Counted from the stretch's first letter, positions 29,319 to 39,604 are shown. The stretch: DNA of 39,813 nucleotides from a bacterium (GCA_041946805.1 JBHGBC010000066.1:1-39813); one strand, 5' to 3'. Program-made: numbers and translations. Notes: a model not told the origin generated them from the sequence alone.

Positions 29319-30410
29319 TCACAAAACCGGCAACGGCTGGTTTTTCAGGTGGACGATGCTGATCTGCCGCGCCACTTCGCCCGCCAGTTTGCGGAACTCC
29401 CCGGCGGCCGGCGAATCAGGGTCCTCCAGCACGATCGGATGGCCGCTGTCGCCGCCCTGGGCGATGCGCGGATCGATCGGCAGCCGGGCCAGGAGGGGAA
29501 TGTCGTACTCGCGGCTGATCTTCTCCCCGCCGCCGGTCCCGAAGATTTCGTATTTCTTGTTATTGTCCGGGCAGAGGAAATACGCCATGTTCTCGACGAC
29601 TCCCAGCACCGGAACCTGGACCTTGCGGAACATCATGATGGCCCGCCGCACATCGGCCTGCGACACTTCCTGCGGCGTGGTCACCATCAGCGCGCCGGCC
29701 AGCGGGGCTTGTTGGCTCAGGCTGAGCTGGGCGTCGCCGGTTCCTGGGGGCATATCGACCACCAGGTAATCCAGTTCGCCCCAGTCAACCTGATAAAGGA
29801 ATTGCTGGATCAGGCTGTGCAGCATGGGGCCGCGCCACACAATGGGCGTGTCGCCGGGGGCGATCAGGCCCACGGACATCACCTTCATGCCGTTCTTCTC
29901 CGGCGCGAAGATGGTGTTGCCGTCGGAGCCCGGCCGTTCGTCGATCCCCAGCATCTGGGGGATGTTCGGGCCGTAGGCGTCGGCGTCCATGAGGCCCACC
30001 TTCGCGCCGTTTTGCCGCAGCGCGAGCGCCAGGTTGGCCGCCACCGTCGATTTGCCCACCCCGCCCTTGCCGCTCGAGACGGCGAAGACGTGGCTCACGC
30101 CGGGAATGGCCTTCTGGGCCGGCGCGGCGTGCTGCGGGGCGCGGGAAGTCATATGAATGTCGACCTCCCGAACGCCGGGCACATGCGCGGCGGCCGCGTG
30201 ACATTCGTTCTTCATCCGTTCCTTCATCGGGCAGGCGGGGGTGGTGAGTTCCAGGGTGAACGACACCTTGCCGCCGTCGATTTTCAAATCCTTGATCATG
30301 CCCAAGGAAACCAGATCCCGGTGCAAGTCGGGATCCTGAACCTGGCTCAGCGCCGCCAGGATGGTTTTTTCCGTCAGGCCATCACCTGATTTACTTGAAA
30401 AGAGTCCCAC
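29319..30410 (-). CDS. mrp: Mrp/NBP35/ApbC Fe-S cluster carrier ATPase
   Basis: N-terminal DUF59 (VQDPDL, LTTPACP); SGKGGVGKST, DADAYGP, WRGPM, DMPPGTGD and VENM. Confidence 0.95.
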   Translation of the reverse strand: MGLFSSKSGDGLTEKTILAALSQVQDPDLHRDLVSLGMIKDLKIDGGKVSFTLELTTPACPMKERMKNECHAAAAHVPGVREVDIHMTSRAPQHAAPAQKAIPGVSHVFAVSSGKGGVGKSTVAANLALALRQNGAKVGLMDADAYGPNIPQMLGIDERPGSDGNTIFAPEKNGMKVMSVGLIAPGDTPIVWRGPMLHSLIQQFLYQVDWGELDYLVVDMPPGTGDAQLSLSQQAPLAGALMVTTPQEVSQADVRRAIMMFRKVQVPVLGVVENMAYFLCPDNNKKYEIFGTGGGEKISREYDIPLLARLPIDPRIAQGGDSGHPIVLEDPDSPAAGEFRKLAGEVARQISIVHLKNQPLPVL

Positions 30411-30457
30411 GGATCAAGTTCCCTTCTGATTGGCAGGCCAATCGGGTTCTGTATTCC

Positions 30458-30658
30458 GAATCATCTGGCAAGTGCGTACTGTTTACTCAGATTCCCGATC
30501 AATATCCCATTGAATTGATCGATTCGATCCACTCTAAAAATCTCCTCTCCCTCTGGGAGAGGGTTAGGGTGAGGGAATTAATGTAGGGGCGGACCTTCGT
30601 GTCCGCCCGCTTTATAATGGCCATATCCCCATCATGTACGGCATTTCCCGGATGATCC
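30458..30658 (+). mobile_element. MITE family 1, copy 2 (201 bp)
   Basis: Ends GAATCATCTGGCAAGTGCGTAC / GTACGGCATTTCCCGGATGATCC; flanks TGTATTCC and TGTATTCA (7/8 duplication); internal repeats A and C. Confidence 0.82.
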
Positions 30659-30714
30659 TGTATTCAAAAATCATTCCCGATTCACTTGACAGCGTCAAGG
30701 GAATCGGTTTCGAG

Positions 30715-30849
30715 AGGACGGAACGGCAAAATGTCACTTTTTTGTGGTGCAAACATCTTGTCTGCTCAAAATAGGATTGCAGGCGGGACGCCTGCACCAC
30801 CATAGATGGAACATCACAGTAATAATTTCACTTTTTACCGTCTCGTCAC
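30715..30849 (+). mobile_element. MITE family 2, copy 2 (135 bp)
   Basis: Ends GACGGAACGGCAAAATGTCA / revcomp TGACGAGACGGTAAAAAGTGA; colinear with 23741..23891. Confidence 0.7.
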
Positions 30850-30853
30850 CTAT

Positions 30854-31231
30854 TTATTTCAATTCTTCCAGGATTTCCTTCATGTCCCGCTCCACGGCCA
30901 GGTCGTAAGCGGTTTTGCCCTCGAAGCCCGGCGCGCCGCCGCCCTGGAGGGTCCGGCCGGCGCCGGCGCGGGCGAGCATGCAAGCGATCTCCGGATGGCC
31001 AGCGATGACCGCCAGCATGAGGGCGCTGAGCCGGTACTTGGCGGTGACGTCCAAATCCGCGCCCCGGCTGATCAATAATTCGGCCAATTCAATATGGCCG
31101 AGATGGGCCGCCCGCATGAGGGCGGTTTGCCCGTGCCGGTCGCGGGAGTCGATATCGATCCCCGCGTCTACCAGTTCGCGCGCCGCCGCCGCGTCACCCC
31201 GTTGAATCGCGCTTTCCCATTCGGGTTTCAT
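30854..31231 (-). CDS. Small ankyrin-repeat protein
   Basis: GQTALMRAAHLGHIELAELLISRGAD, SALMLAVIAGH and GKTAYDLA. Confidence 0.9.
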   Translation of the reverse strand: MKPEWESAIQRGDAAAARELVDAGIDIDSRDRHGQTALMRAAHLGHIELAELLISRGADLDVTAKYRLSALMLAVIAGHPEIACMLARAGAGRTLQGGGAPGFEGKTAYDLAVERDMKEILEELK

Positions 31232-31448
31232 GGTATTTTGCCGATGGGCTACGCGCCGCGCGCTAACCCATCCTACGTTGATTGAATGACCGGCCTACAT
31301 TTCCCTCTCCCTTGGGGAGAGGGCCAGGGTGAGGGAAAGCCTTTTCTTTCCATCCCCTCCCTCGCGATCCGTCCATAAATCCCTGCTTTTTCTATATTGT
31401 ACTCACTCCTGAAAAAACACGCGGGGAATCGGATGGACAGGTGCGGTT

Positions 31449-32675
31449 TCAGGTCCGGTGGCGGTAATCCGCGTTGATGTCGATATACGCCTTGGACAGG
31501 TCGGTCATGATGTAAAAATCGCTGTGATCCCCCTGGCCTAGATCCAGGGTGATGGTGTATTCAGACCTTTGCATGACGGCATGGGCTGCCGCTTCGTCAT
31601 ATCCGGCAGGTTCACCACGATGCATCATCTGGACGTCGCCGATCCACAGGGCGCACCGGGCGGGATCGAACTCCGCCCCGCTATAACCAGCCGCCGTGAT
31701 GAGGCGTCCCCAGTTTGGGTCGCAACCGTGGAGGGCGGTTTTGACGAGGGGCGAATTGGCGATGGACCGCGCCACACGCAGGGCGTCTTCCGGCGTGCGC
31801 GCCCCCTTGACCTGGATGGTGGCCACCTTGGTGACGCCCTCGCCGTCGCGGGCCAGCTGCTGGGTGAGATCCAGGCACACTTCCTTGAGCGCCGCCAGGA
31901 AGGCTTCGGAAACGAGATCGCGTTCCGGAAGGATTTCGGTGCTGTCGGACAGGCCGTTGGCCAGCAGGAGGGCCGAGTCGCAGCAGCTGGTGTCGCCGTC
32001 GATCGACAGGCGGTTGAAACTGCTCTCCACCGCCTCCTTCAGAAACCAGGAAAGGCTTGGGGAAGAAATCCGGGCGTCCGTGGTCAAAAAAGCGAGCATG
32101 GTGGCCATGTTGGGCATGATCATCCCCGCCCCCTTGGCGCAGCCGCCGATCGTGAACGCGTGCCCCTCCACCACCACGCGCCGCGCGGCCGTCTTAGGAA
32201 CCGTGTCGGTGGTCATCATGGCCTGCGCCAACTCGAGGCCGCCGTCCTCGCGCAACCGGGGAATCAATTTCTCGATCCCTTCCCGGATCAGGGGCAGGGG
32301 AAGATAGATTCCGATAACGCCTGTGGAGTTGGGAAGGACATCCTGCGTGGCGATGCCCAGGGGACGCGCCAGGCAGCGGGCCATTTCGCGCGCATCCACG
32401 AGGCCCCGCTCGCTGGTGCAGGCGTTGGCGTTGCCGCTGTTGACGATCAGCGCCTGGGCATGACCGTCGGCCAGGTGCTCCTGGGTGACCAGCAGCGAAG
32501 CGCCTTTCAACCGGTTGGTGGTGAACATCCCGGCGGCGGGGCACCGCACCTGCGAGACCAGGATCCCCAGGTCGGGCTTGCCGCTCGTTTTGATCCCCGC
32601 GGCGGTCCCGGCCGCCTTGAATCCCTGCGCCGAAGTGGCGTTTCCGTTTTCGATAGGCTGGATTTCATATTTCAT
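31449..32675 (-). CDS. argJ: Glutamate N-acetyltransferase/ornithine acetyltransferase ArgJ
   Basis: NSGNANACT, STGVIG, MTTDT, KGAGMIMPNMATML, DGEG.TK, SPLVKTA, NWGR and YIDINADY. Confidence 0.97.
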   Translation of the reverse strand: MKYEIQPIENGNATSAQGFKAAGTAAGIKTSGKPDLGILVSQVRCPAAGMFTTNRLKGASLLVTQEHLADGHAQALIVNSGNANACTSERGLVDAREMARCLARPLGIATQDVLPNSTGVIGIYLPLPLIREGIEKLIPRLREDGGLELAQAMMTTDTVPKTAARRVVVEGHAFTIGGCAKGAGMIMPNMATMLAFLTTDARISSPSLSWFLKEAVESSFNRLSIDGDTSCCDSALLLANGLSDSTEILPERDLVSEAFLAALKEVCLDLTQQLARDGEGVTKVATIQVKGARTPEDALRVARSIANSPLVKTALHGCDPNWGRLITAAGYSGAEFDPARCALWIGDVQMMHRGEPAGYDEAAAHAVMQRSEYTITLDLGQGDHSDFYIMTDLSKAYIDINADYRHRT

Positions 32676-33120
32676 CGCGGATTTCCGTCCCGGATTTCAA
32701 GATGGATCTTCTCATTGTATCGGGAAACGCGCGCGAATGAATTGCCGTATGGCCCCCCGGCGGCCCTTGAATTGTGCTTCCGAAGGGAAAACCGGGATAT
32801 TCACCGCGGAGACGCCGGGAACGCCGTGGAGGCCATCCTGATTCAGACAATTCAGGTTCCGTTGAGATTTCGTATCCAGTGAGTAGTAAAGTATTTGAGC
32901 ATCAAAGGCGCGATAAGAGCATAACCCAGGGCGAAAGCCCTGGGTTGATTGTGAGAAAAGTAAATAATTCCCTCTCCCTCGGGGAGAGGATTAGGGTGAG
33001 GGAAAATCCGCCAATAAAGTTATTCTAACAAATGAACGAAACACCACATGGTGTAATTAATCTCATACACATCGTGGTCATCTGGTTCATCCTGGCCATC
33101 CTGATTCAGAACCATTCAGC

Positions 33121-33162
33121 GAAAACACAACGCCCGGCCGGGAAGCATCTCCCAACCGGGCG
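33121..33162 (-). terminator. Rho-independent terminator of the alpha/beta hydrolase gene
   Basis: Minus strand CGCCCGGTTGGGA-GATGCT-TCCCGGCCGGGCG followed by TTGTGTTTT. Confidence 0.65.
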
Positions 33163-33191
33163 CGTTCTTCCAGTGGGATCTACACAAAGAC

Positions 33192-34187
33192 TTACTGGAT
33201 CACTCCCCGGACTTTCAGCCAGTTCATACACATTTCGGGCCACTTGGACAGCACCGGATCGTTGAGAGCCAGCCCGAATCCATGCTTGCCCTGCTCGAAG
33301 AGATGCATTTCCGCCGGGACGCCCTGGTACCGCAGCGCCTTGTAGAACATCAGGCTGTTTTCAACGGGAACGGCCTCGTCATTCATGGTGTGGACCAGGA
33401 AGGTGGGCGGTGTATAAGCCAGGACCTGCAGCTGGTTCGAGAGATTCTTGACCAGCGCCGGATCGGGGGTGTCTCCCAGCAGATTTTTACGGGATCCTTC
33501 ATGGGTGTAATCGCTGATCAGGGTGATGACGGGATAGACCAGGATCATGAAATCCGGCTTGGAACTGATCTTGTCGATCGGATCCTGGGCGGTGGCATTT
33601 CCATAATCGAAATGCGTGCCCACGGTCGAGGCCAGGTGTCCGCCCGCCGAGAATCCCATGATGCCGATCTTCTGGGGATCGATCTTCCACTCCGCCGCGT
33701 GCGCGCGCGCCTGGCGCATGGCCCGCAGGGCGTCCTGCAGGGGGGCGGGATGCTGGTAATCGGGGGCGATGCGGTATTTCAGGATCAAGCCGGCGATCCC
33801 CGCCTGGTTGAGCCACTGCGCGATCTGGCGGCCTTCATGATCCACGGCCAGGGTTCCGTACCCCCCGCCCGGGCAGATCACCACCGCGGCGCCGTTGGCG
33901 TTCTCTTCCGGCAGGTAGACCGTCAGGGTGGGCTTGTCCTTGTCTTCGGTTCCCTTCGCGCCGGGAGCGCCACCCGGCCACAGCACCAGCATCGGCTTGC
34001 CTTCTGGCGAGGTCAACACCTGTTCCGGCGCGGGGACCGCGGGCTGAGCCGGCTGAGCTTCCGGCGTTATCACTTCAGCCGCAGGCGCTTCGCCCGCGGG
34101 AGCCGGAGTTTCGGCTTCCTGGCTCCAGGCGGCGGCCGATAACCACACGGCGAACACCATCGTCCAAATTGCGGAATGTTTTTTCAC
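33192..34187 (-). CDS. Secreted alpha/beta hydrolase (acetyl/carbohydrate esterase-like)
   Basis: ICPGGGY, GFSAGG nucleophile motif, PPTFLVH..D..VP and GKHGFG; signal peptide plus Ala/Pro linker; GGAGG before GTG 34187. Confidence 0.9.
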   Translation of the reverse strand: MKKHSAIWTMVFAVWLSAAAWSQEAETPAPAGEAPAAEVITPEAQPAQPAVPAPEQVLTSPEGKPMLVLWPGGAPGAKGTEDKDKPTLTVYLPEENANGAAVVICPGGGYGTLAVDHEGRQIAQWLNQAGIAGLILKYRIAPDYQHPAPLQDALRAMRQARAHAAEWKIDPQKIGIMGFSAGGHLASTVGTHFDYGNATAQDPIDKISSKPDFMILVYPVITLISDYTHEGSRKNLLGDTPDPALVKNLSNQLQVLAYTPPTFLVHTMNDEAVPVENSLMFYKALRYQGVPAEMHLFEQGKHGFGLALNDPVLSKWPEMCMNWLKVRGVIQ

Positions 34188-34567
34188 GATTCTCTGCACC
34201 TCCGATTTCCAGGTTCCATTTTTTCCGGCGGCCGGCGGGGATGGACGGTTCCAAACCGCTTTCCCTCCAGGCCGCGCGGGATGACACACCATTCAACTAC
34301 AATGGCTGAATCATACCATTCTATCAGAACGCGCCCCCTCCCATCAGGGCCGCCCGGAGGATTGATGAACCGGAGCCGGGGAGGGCGGAACTCCCGGCGG
34401 GCCAGTCCGTTTCCTGTCATCTCCTTGAAAGCAGGGATCCACCCCGGACATTACATGGATTTTGGGAAAAGACCGGCTGGGTGGGAGAGAGTAACAAGGC
34501 ATCACCCTTACCTGACCTGATCCCATCAGAATCCCTGGCGAGGCTTGTAGTCCTTCCCCGGTGATTC

Positions 34568-35035
34568 TCAATCCTCCTCTGGGTCCGCATTCCGGTTTCG
34601 GATGGCTTGAACCGCCCGAATCCCAAAAAGAATCGACGCCGCCGGCAAGGCGAGGCTCACCCACACCACCGGCCAGCCCATCACGCTGGTGCGTTGATCG
34701 TATTGCCATTGCAGCCGGATCATTTGCGCCGCGGAATAAAACAGCATCGCGAAAAAGATCCATCCGGCTCCGAATCGCAACCAGGAAAGCGCTCGCTCTG
34801 TCCGGGGGGAGCGCCGCCCCGGCCATTGGAACCCGATCATCTCCCCGCGCGCCCAGCAGGCCGGAAGGCCCAGGCAGGCCAGCCAGATCAGCAGGTAGCG
34901 CGTCAGCTCCTCCGTAAACGAGAGGGACCAGCTGAAAAAATAACGGGACAACACCCCGGCGCAAACCAGCGCCACCTGCGCGGTCAGGATGACCGACAGC
35001 AACCATTCCTCGAGGAGTCGTTGTCCGGATTTCAT
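34568..35035 (-). CDS. dctQ: TRAP transporter small permease
   Basis: Four TM helices; V.SRY.F..SLSFTEELTRYLLIWL..LG; ATGA overlap with dctP. Confidence 0.88.
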   Translation of the reverse strand: MKSGQRLLEEWLLSVILTAQVALVCAGVLSRYFFSWSLSFTEELTRYLLIWLACLGLPACWARGEMIGFQWPGRRSPRTERALSWLRFGAGWIFFAMLFYSAAQMIRLQWQYDQRTSVMGWPVVWVSLALPAASILFGIRAVQAIRNRNADPEED

Positions 35036-36036
35036 TGCGCCAACTCAGCGAAACGGGTCAGCAGGTCCGCCCCGATGACCTCGCTATATTCCTGGTAGAC
35101 CGGCTCGGCGGTTTTCTTGAACCGGTCCTGCACTTCGGGCGTGAGGCGGGTCACCTCCATGCCATGCTGTACCAACGCTTCGAGGTGCGTTTTCTCGTTG
35201 TCCGCCACCAGTTTGCGCTGGTAAGCCGCCGCTTCCCGGGCCGCTTCGCGGATCACGGCCTGGTGTTCGGGGCTGAGCGTGTCCCACACCCGCTTGCTGA
35301 CGCAGAAAACCAGGGGATCGAATGAATACTCCCACACCGTCAGGTATTTTTGCAGTTCATACAACGCGCGGGACTCGATGACATGCAGCGGATTTTCCTG
35401 CCCGTCCATGGTCCCCTCCCGCAGCGCCACGAACAGATCTCCGAAGTTCATCTGGCTGGGATCCGCGCCCCACCGGCGGTACAGGGTGATGAACATCTGG
35501 ATGGAGGGCACGCGGATCTTCAGGCCTTTCAGGTCCTCCACCGAAGCTACCGGGCGCTGGGAGTTGGTCAGGTGGCGGAATCCGTTGAATCCATAGGCCA
35601 GGCCCACAATGCCTTTTTCTTCCAGCGACTTCAGCATCTGTTGTCCCAGCTCGCTGGCGCAGACTTTTTCCGCTTCCTCGTATGAATCGATCAGCCAAGG
35701 CAACGACCAGACCGTCCAACGCGGATCCACCAGGGTGAGCAGGATGGATGATTCCCATGAGCCTCCCAGGGTTCCGGCCTGCACCATCTCCAGCTCGGTC
35801 CGCTGGTTGTTGTTGGAAAGGGAGGAGGTCGTCACCAGGCGGATGGCCATTTGATCCCCCAGTTTGCTCTCCACCAGTTTTTGCCAACGCGCCGCGCCGG
35901 CGTGCCATTCGGATTGTTCGCTGAGAATATGGCTGAACGTCAACCTGGGCGCCCGGTCCCGTTGACCGCATCCGGCGCACGCCAAGACCACCCCTGCCAG
36001 ACCGGCCAGAACATACGAACAGGTACGAAGATTCAT
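35032..36036 (-). CDS. dctP: TRAP transporter substrate-binding lipoprotein DctP
   Basis: Lipobox-like CAGC; NGFRHLTN, DLKGLKIRVP, MNFGDLF.AL..G..DGQENP and LYELQKYLT. Confidence 0.93.
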   Translation of the reverse strand: MNLRTCSYVLAGLAGVVLACAGCGQRDRAPRLTFSHILSEQSEWHAGAARWQKLVESKLGDQMAIRLVTTSSLSNNNQRTELEMVQAGTLGGSWESSILLTLVDPRWTVWSLPWLIDSYEEAEKVCASELGQQMLKSLEEKGIVGLAYGFNGFRHLTNSQRPVASVEDLKGLKIRVPSIQMFITLYRRWGADPSQMNFGDLFVALREGTMDGQENPLHVIESRALYELQKYLTVWEYSFDPLVFCVSKRVWDTLSPEHQAVIREAAREAAAYQRKLVADNEKTHLEALVQHGMEVTRLTPEVQDRFKKTAEPVYQEYSEVIGADLLTRFAELAQ

Positions 36037-36151
36037 GAAAGTTTCCTTTGTGTAAAAAGGGCTTGCATGTATAGTACGGTACTCCAGCGTTTACCCATAG
36101 GGTAATGAACGGCCTAGATTCTAGACCGCTGGTTCCCTTAACGAACCATAC

Positions 36152-36358
36152 GGTTCTTCCAGTATGTGCGGACCTGATGCTGAAATAGTATTTCATCCCC
36201 TCGACCGGAGGGGCGGACATCCAGCTCCGCCCCTCCAAAAAATTCCCTTACCTAGCCCTCTCCCAGGGGAGAGGGAAGTTGGGGAATAGTTCTCATCGAT
36301 CAACGTGATGAAATATCAGAAAGCCATCTGGGAAAAGTACGCACTGGCTGGATGAGCC
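36152..36358 (-). mobile_element. MITE family 1, copy 3 (207 bp, more degenerate)
   Basis: Ends GGTTCTTCCAGTATGTGCGGAC / GTACGCACTGGCTGGATGAGCC; same internal C-then-A order as copy 1; flanks match only 5/8. Confidence 0.75.
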
Positions 36359-36384
36359 ACATATACTCATTGGAAACATTGAAT

Positions 36385-38370
36385 ATGCGCTATGTGATCC
36401 CCGCCCGCTCGGTGGCCGCCTTGATCATACCGGAATCCTCCTCGCCCCGGTTCCCCAAAGCCGCCGCGGTATTGAAACGGGAACTGGAACAGCGGCTGGA
36501 CCTTGCCCTCCACATTGTCCCTGAAAGGGAATGGTCCCAAGGCCCTTACGCTTTATCCATCCATCTCGCGACGTTGGATACCCTTTCTCCGGAATGGACA
36601 CGCCGGTTCGAGCCGCCGCTCCCGTTATTGCCGTATCCCGATTACGCGGACCATATTAGCCTGCGGACCGTCAAATCAGAGCTTCATCCCGAGGTGTTTG
36701 TCATCACCGGCTCGGATAAAGCCTTGATCGCCGGGGCCGGGGCCTTACTGCGTCATTTATGGTTTTTCGAGGACCGGATGGAATTTCCCGGTCTCGCCGC
36801 CGACTGCCGCCCGCTGACTCCCTGGCGGGGGATCTTCTTCGCGAACCGGACGGACAGCAACTCCTATTTCAACTTCACCGACCGCCAATGGGAAGAACTC
36901 CTGACCAGCCATGCTCTGTGGGGCAACAACCTGGCGGGATTCATCCCGGTCCATTTTCCCGACTGGCCCGGAACCGCTCCCTGGCCGGAACCGGGCGAAT
37001 TCGCCTCGCCGGAATCGCGGATCATGTGGGAAACTCACTGGCGTACTCAGCAGGCCATGGGCAATCTAGCCGCCGCGCTGGGACTATCTTCCGCCGCCTG
37101 GATTTCCGCCGGTACCGCGTTCCCCGCCATGATCCCGCCGGAGTTAGGGATCTCCTGCATGGGAATTCTCGATCTCACCCAACTCGAGGCGCGGACCTTA
37201 GCCCTTCATTTACAGGAAGCGCTTTTGACTTACTTGCCGCAAGTGGACAAAATCTGGTTCGCGCCGGGACCGGATCCAGGGATGACCTCGCGCGGCCCTT
37301 CCTGCCCTCCCGGTATCCTGCTGGACATGGCCCTGCGTCTCCGGGAAACGCGGGGGAACCAAGGCCGCCCGCTCGAAGTCTGGCTGGGAACGGAGGGATA
37401 CCCCGAGGACGAGCTCAGTGCGTTGTTCGGCCGCCTGGAGGATCCAGGCTCCACCGCGATCCGCGTGTTGGTTAGTGATCCGGAAGATCCGGCGTTCGCC
37501 ATGATCAAGCGGGAAATGCCCCTAACCGGGTTGCTGCTGACCGCCACGCCCCTGTCGAGCGCCGTCCGGCGGATTCAACCGCTGATCTCCTTCGGTCCGG
37601 AACGGGAAGCCGTTTATGCCGGGGATGCGCCGGTTATTTTGACCCGGGAATGGGCGCGGCGGTATTTCGAAGCCGCGCCATTGACCTACGGCGCGTTGGG
37701 GATCTCCTCCGGATGCCACGATGAGTTCAGCCGCTTCGTTTGGTCCATGCTCTCCTGGTCGCCCCAGCCGGGAGTGGACGAGGTTCGGGAATGGTATGGC
37801 CATTGGTTTTTCGGGGCGGAGGCGGCCCCATTCGTCCGGGACGCCACGGCCGCGATGGATACGGCCTGGAACCTCCCGCTATCGGAAAGCCGCGAAAAGG
37901 CCGAAGAAGCCCTGTCGTGCCTGGATCAAGCTGATAAACATGTCCCGCCCCGGATGCGGGAGCGGGCCGGTTTCCGGACGCGATTGTTGCGGGTTCGGGC
38001 GCTGCTGGATTTGGCATTGTGGGAAAAAAGCCGGGCGGACAAGCAATTGGCGGACCGGTTGCGGGAATTCGTATCGCATCACTCTTCGGATACTCTCTCA
38101 AGTAGTGTTTTCCAGGACATCCTGAAAATGATCCAGAATTTTCCCGATGCGTCCCTGGCCGCGCGTTTCGGTGAACTCGGCGAATTGCGCCGGACGCTGT
38201 TTCAATCGGGCAACCTGCATGTCCAGGCCATCGACCGCGCCTGGAAACCCTCCCCTCTCCGCCACAGACTGGCCGCGCTTATTCAAACGGCCCTCCAATC
38301 TCCGAGTCCGGATGAACAACGGGCGGTTTGGGAATCAATCCGCAACCGCCTGTGGCAGGGCACGGACTAG
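36385..38370 (+). CDS. Uncharacterised glycoside-hydrolase-like protein (GH20/GH67 N-terminal-like domain plus putative barrel)
   Basis: AAAVLKRELEQR...VITGSDKALIAGAGALLR...P..PWRG pattern typical of the GH20 domain-2 to barrel junction. The ATG at 36352 lies inside a MITE TIR, so 36385 is preferred. Confidence 0.6.
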   Translation: MRYVIPARSVAALIIPESSSPRFPKAAAVLKRELEQRLDLALHIVPEREWSQGPYALSIHLATLDTLSPEWTRRFEPPLPLLPYPDYADHISLRTVKSELHPEVFVITGSDKALIAGAGALLRHLWFFEDRMEFPGLAADCRPLTPWRGIFFANRTDSNSYFNFTDRQWEELLTSHALWGNNLAGFIPVHFPDWPGTAPWPEPGEFASPESRIMWETHWRTQQAMGNLAAALGLSSAAWISAGTAFPAMIPPELGISCMGILDLTQLEARTLALHLQEALLTYLPQVDKIWFAPGPDPGMTSRGPSCPPGILLDMALRLRETRGNQGRPLEVWLGTEGYPEDELSALFGRLEDPGSTAIRVLVSDPEDPAFAMIKREMPLTGLLLTATPLSSAVRRIQPLISFGPEREAVYAGDAPVILTREWARRYFEAAPLTYGALGISSGCHDEFSRFVWSMLSWSPQPGVDEVREWYGHWFFGAEAAPFVRDATAAMDTAWNLPLSESREKAEEALSCLDQADKHVPPRMRERAGFRTRLLRVRALLDLALWEKSRADKQLADRLREFVSHHSSDTLSSSVFQDILKMIQNFPDASLAARFGELGELRRTLFQSGNLHVQAIDRAWKPSPLRHRLAALIQTALQSPSPDEQRAVWESIRNRLWQGTD

Positions 38371-38573
38371 GTTCAGTCAAAAATGATATGTTTCCCTTTC
38401 AGGGTGTCCCTCACCCTGGCCCTCTCCCAGAGGGAGAGGGAATTTTTTCGCAATCCCCTCTATGCTCGGACTACGAATAAAGCACTGAGAAGGCCTGCAT
38501 TCGGGTAAATAGTTACCCTTTTCGTTCATGAATGAAATCGTGTAGGATGAATTCCAACAGGATCAAGAGACAG

Positions 38574-38653
38574 AGTAGGCGAACCTCCGGGTGAGCCGGT
38601 AGAAACCCATAGGTTTTCATTATCGATCGGCTCGGCGGGAGCCTCGCCCTCCC
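38574..38653. repeat. Inverted pair of family H hairpins (GGGAGGGCGAGGCTCCCGCCGAGCC)
   Basis: 38628..38653 (minus) pairs with degenerate 38574..38598; related copy at 13896..13916. Confidence 0.65.
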
Positions 38654-38706
38654 ATTTACCAAACCAGGACACGTTGAAACAACTGGATTTTATATCGGAC
38701 CATTCC

Positions 38707-39480
38707 ATGAACAACGAAATCCGTTCTTTCCCAGTGGACCAAATGCGGGTTCAGGTATTCGCCAACAAGGACCAGTTGGGCGCGGCCGCCGCGAATTACG
38801 TGGCCGGAGTGATCAACGACGCGATCCACGCCCGGGATCAGGCGCGGGTCATTTTCGCCACCGGCGCGTCCCAGTTCGAGTTCTTGAACCATTTGATCAA
38901 GAAACCCATCGCCTGGTCTCAGGTGGAAGCCTTTCACCTGGATGAATACGTGGGCATTCCCGGTACCCATCCCGCCAGCTTCCGCCGTTATCTGCGGGAA
39001 CGGCTGTTCGACCTAGCCAAACCCGGGGCGGTGCATCTTTTGGACGGCACGGCCGCCGATCTGGACCAGGAATGCCGGCGGTATACCCATTTACTACTGG
39101 AGAAGGATATCGACCTGGCCTGCATCGGTATCGGCGAAAACGGCCACATCGCCTTCAATGATCCCCCCGTGGCGGATTTCCACGATCCTCACTGGGTGAA
39201 AATCGTGGACCTGGACGAAGCCTGCCGCAAGCAGCAACTCGGCGAGGGCTGGTTCCCAACCCTGGAGGATGTTCCCCGGCAGGCGCTTTCCCTGACGGTA
39301 CCCGCCATCCTGCGCGCCCGGACAATCAGTTGTGTAGTGCCCGACCAGCGCAAGGCTCAGGCTGTGAAAAAGGCCCTTCAAGGCCCGGTCAGCACCGCGT
39401 GCCCGGCTTCGATCTTACGAACGTCTCCTAATGTCATCCTTTGGCTGGATATCCCCGCCGCCTCGGAACTGGACGCCTGA
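38707..39480 (+). CDS. nagB: Glucosamine-6-phosphate deaminase family protein
   Basis: FATGASQ, FHLDEYVG, GIGENGHIAFNDP, CRKQQLGEGWF and CPASILR. Confidence 0.9.
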   Translation: MNNEIRSFPVDQMRVQVFANKDQLGAAAANYVAGVINDAIHARDQARVIFATGASQFEFLNHLIKKPIAWSQVEAFHLDEYVGIPGTHPASFRRYLRERLFDLAKPGAVHLLDGTAADLDQECRRYTHLLLEKDIDLACIGIGENGHIAFNDPPVADFHDPHWVKIVDLDEACRKQQLGEGWFPTLEDVPRQALSLTVPAILRARTISCVVPDQRKAQAVKKALQGPVSTACPASILRTSPNVILWLDIPAASELDA

Positions 39481-39604
39481 GCGAACCGTCTCTTCCGCGG
39501 TTTTCCCCCCTCAAGGCCGCCTTTCCTCCCTGGATTCAGGCTTTTCATCACAAATATTGAATAACTTCCACGTTTCGTGGACTAATTTTTATCATTGAAA
39601 TCCT

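Noticed and set aside
36352..36384. ATG at 36352 as start of the 672-aa ORF
   Set aside because: It lies inside the TIR of MITE-1 copy 3; ATG 36385 is more plausible, though neither has a strong RBS
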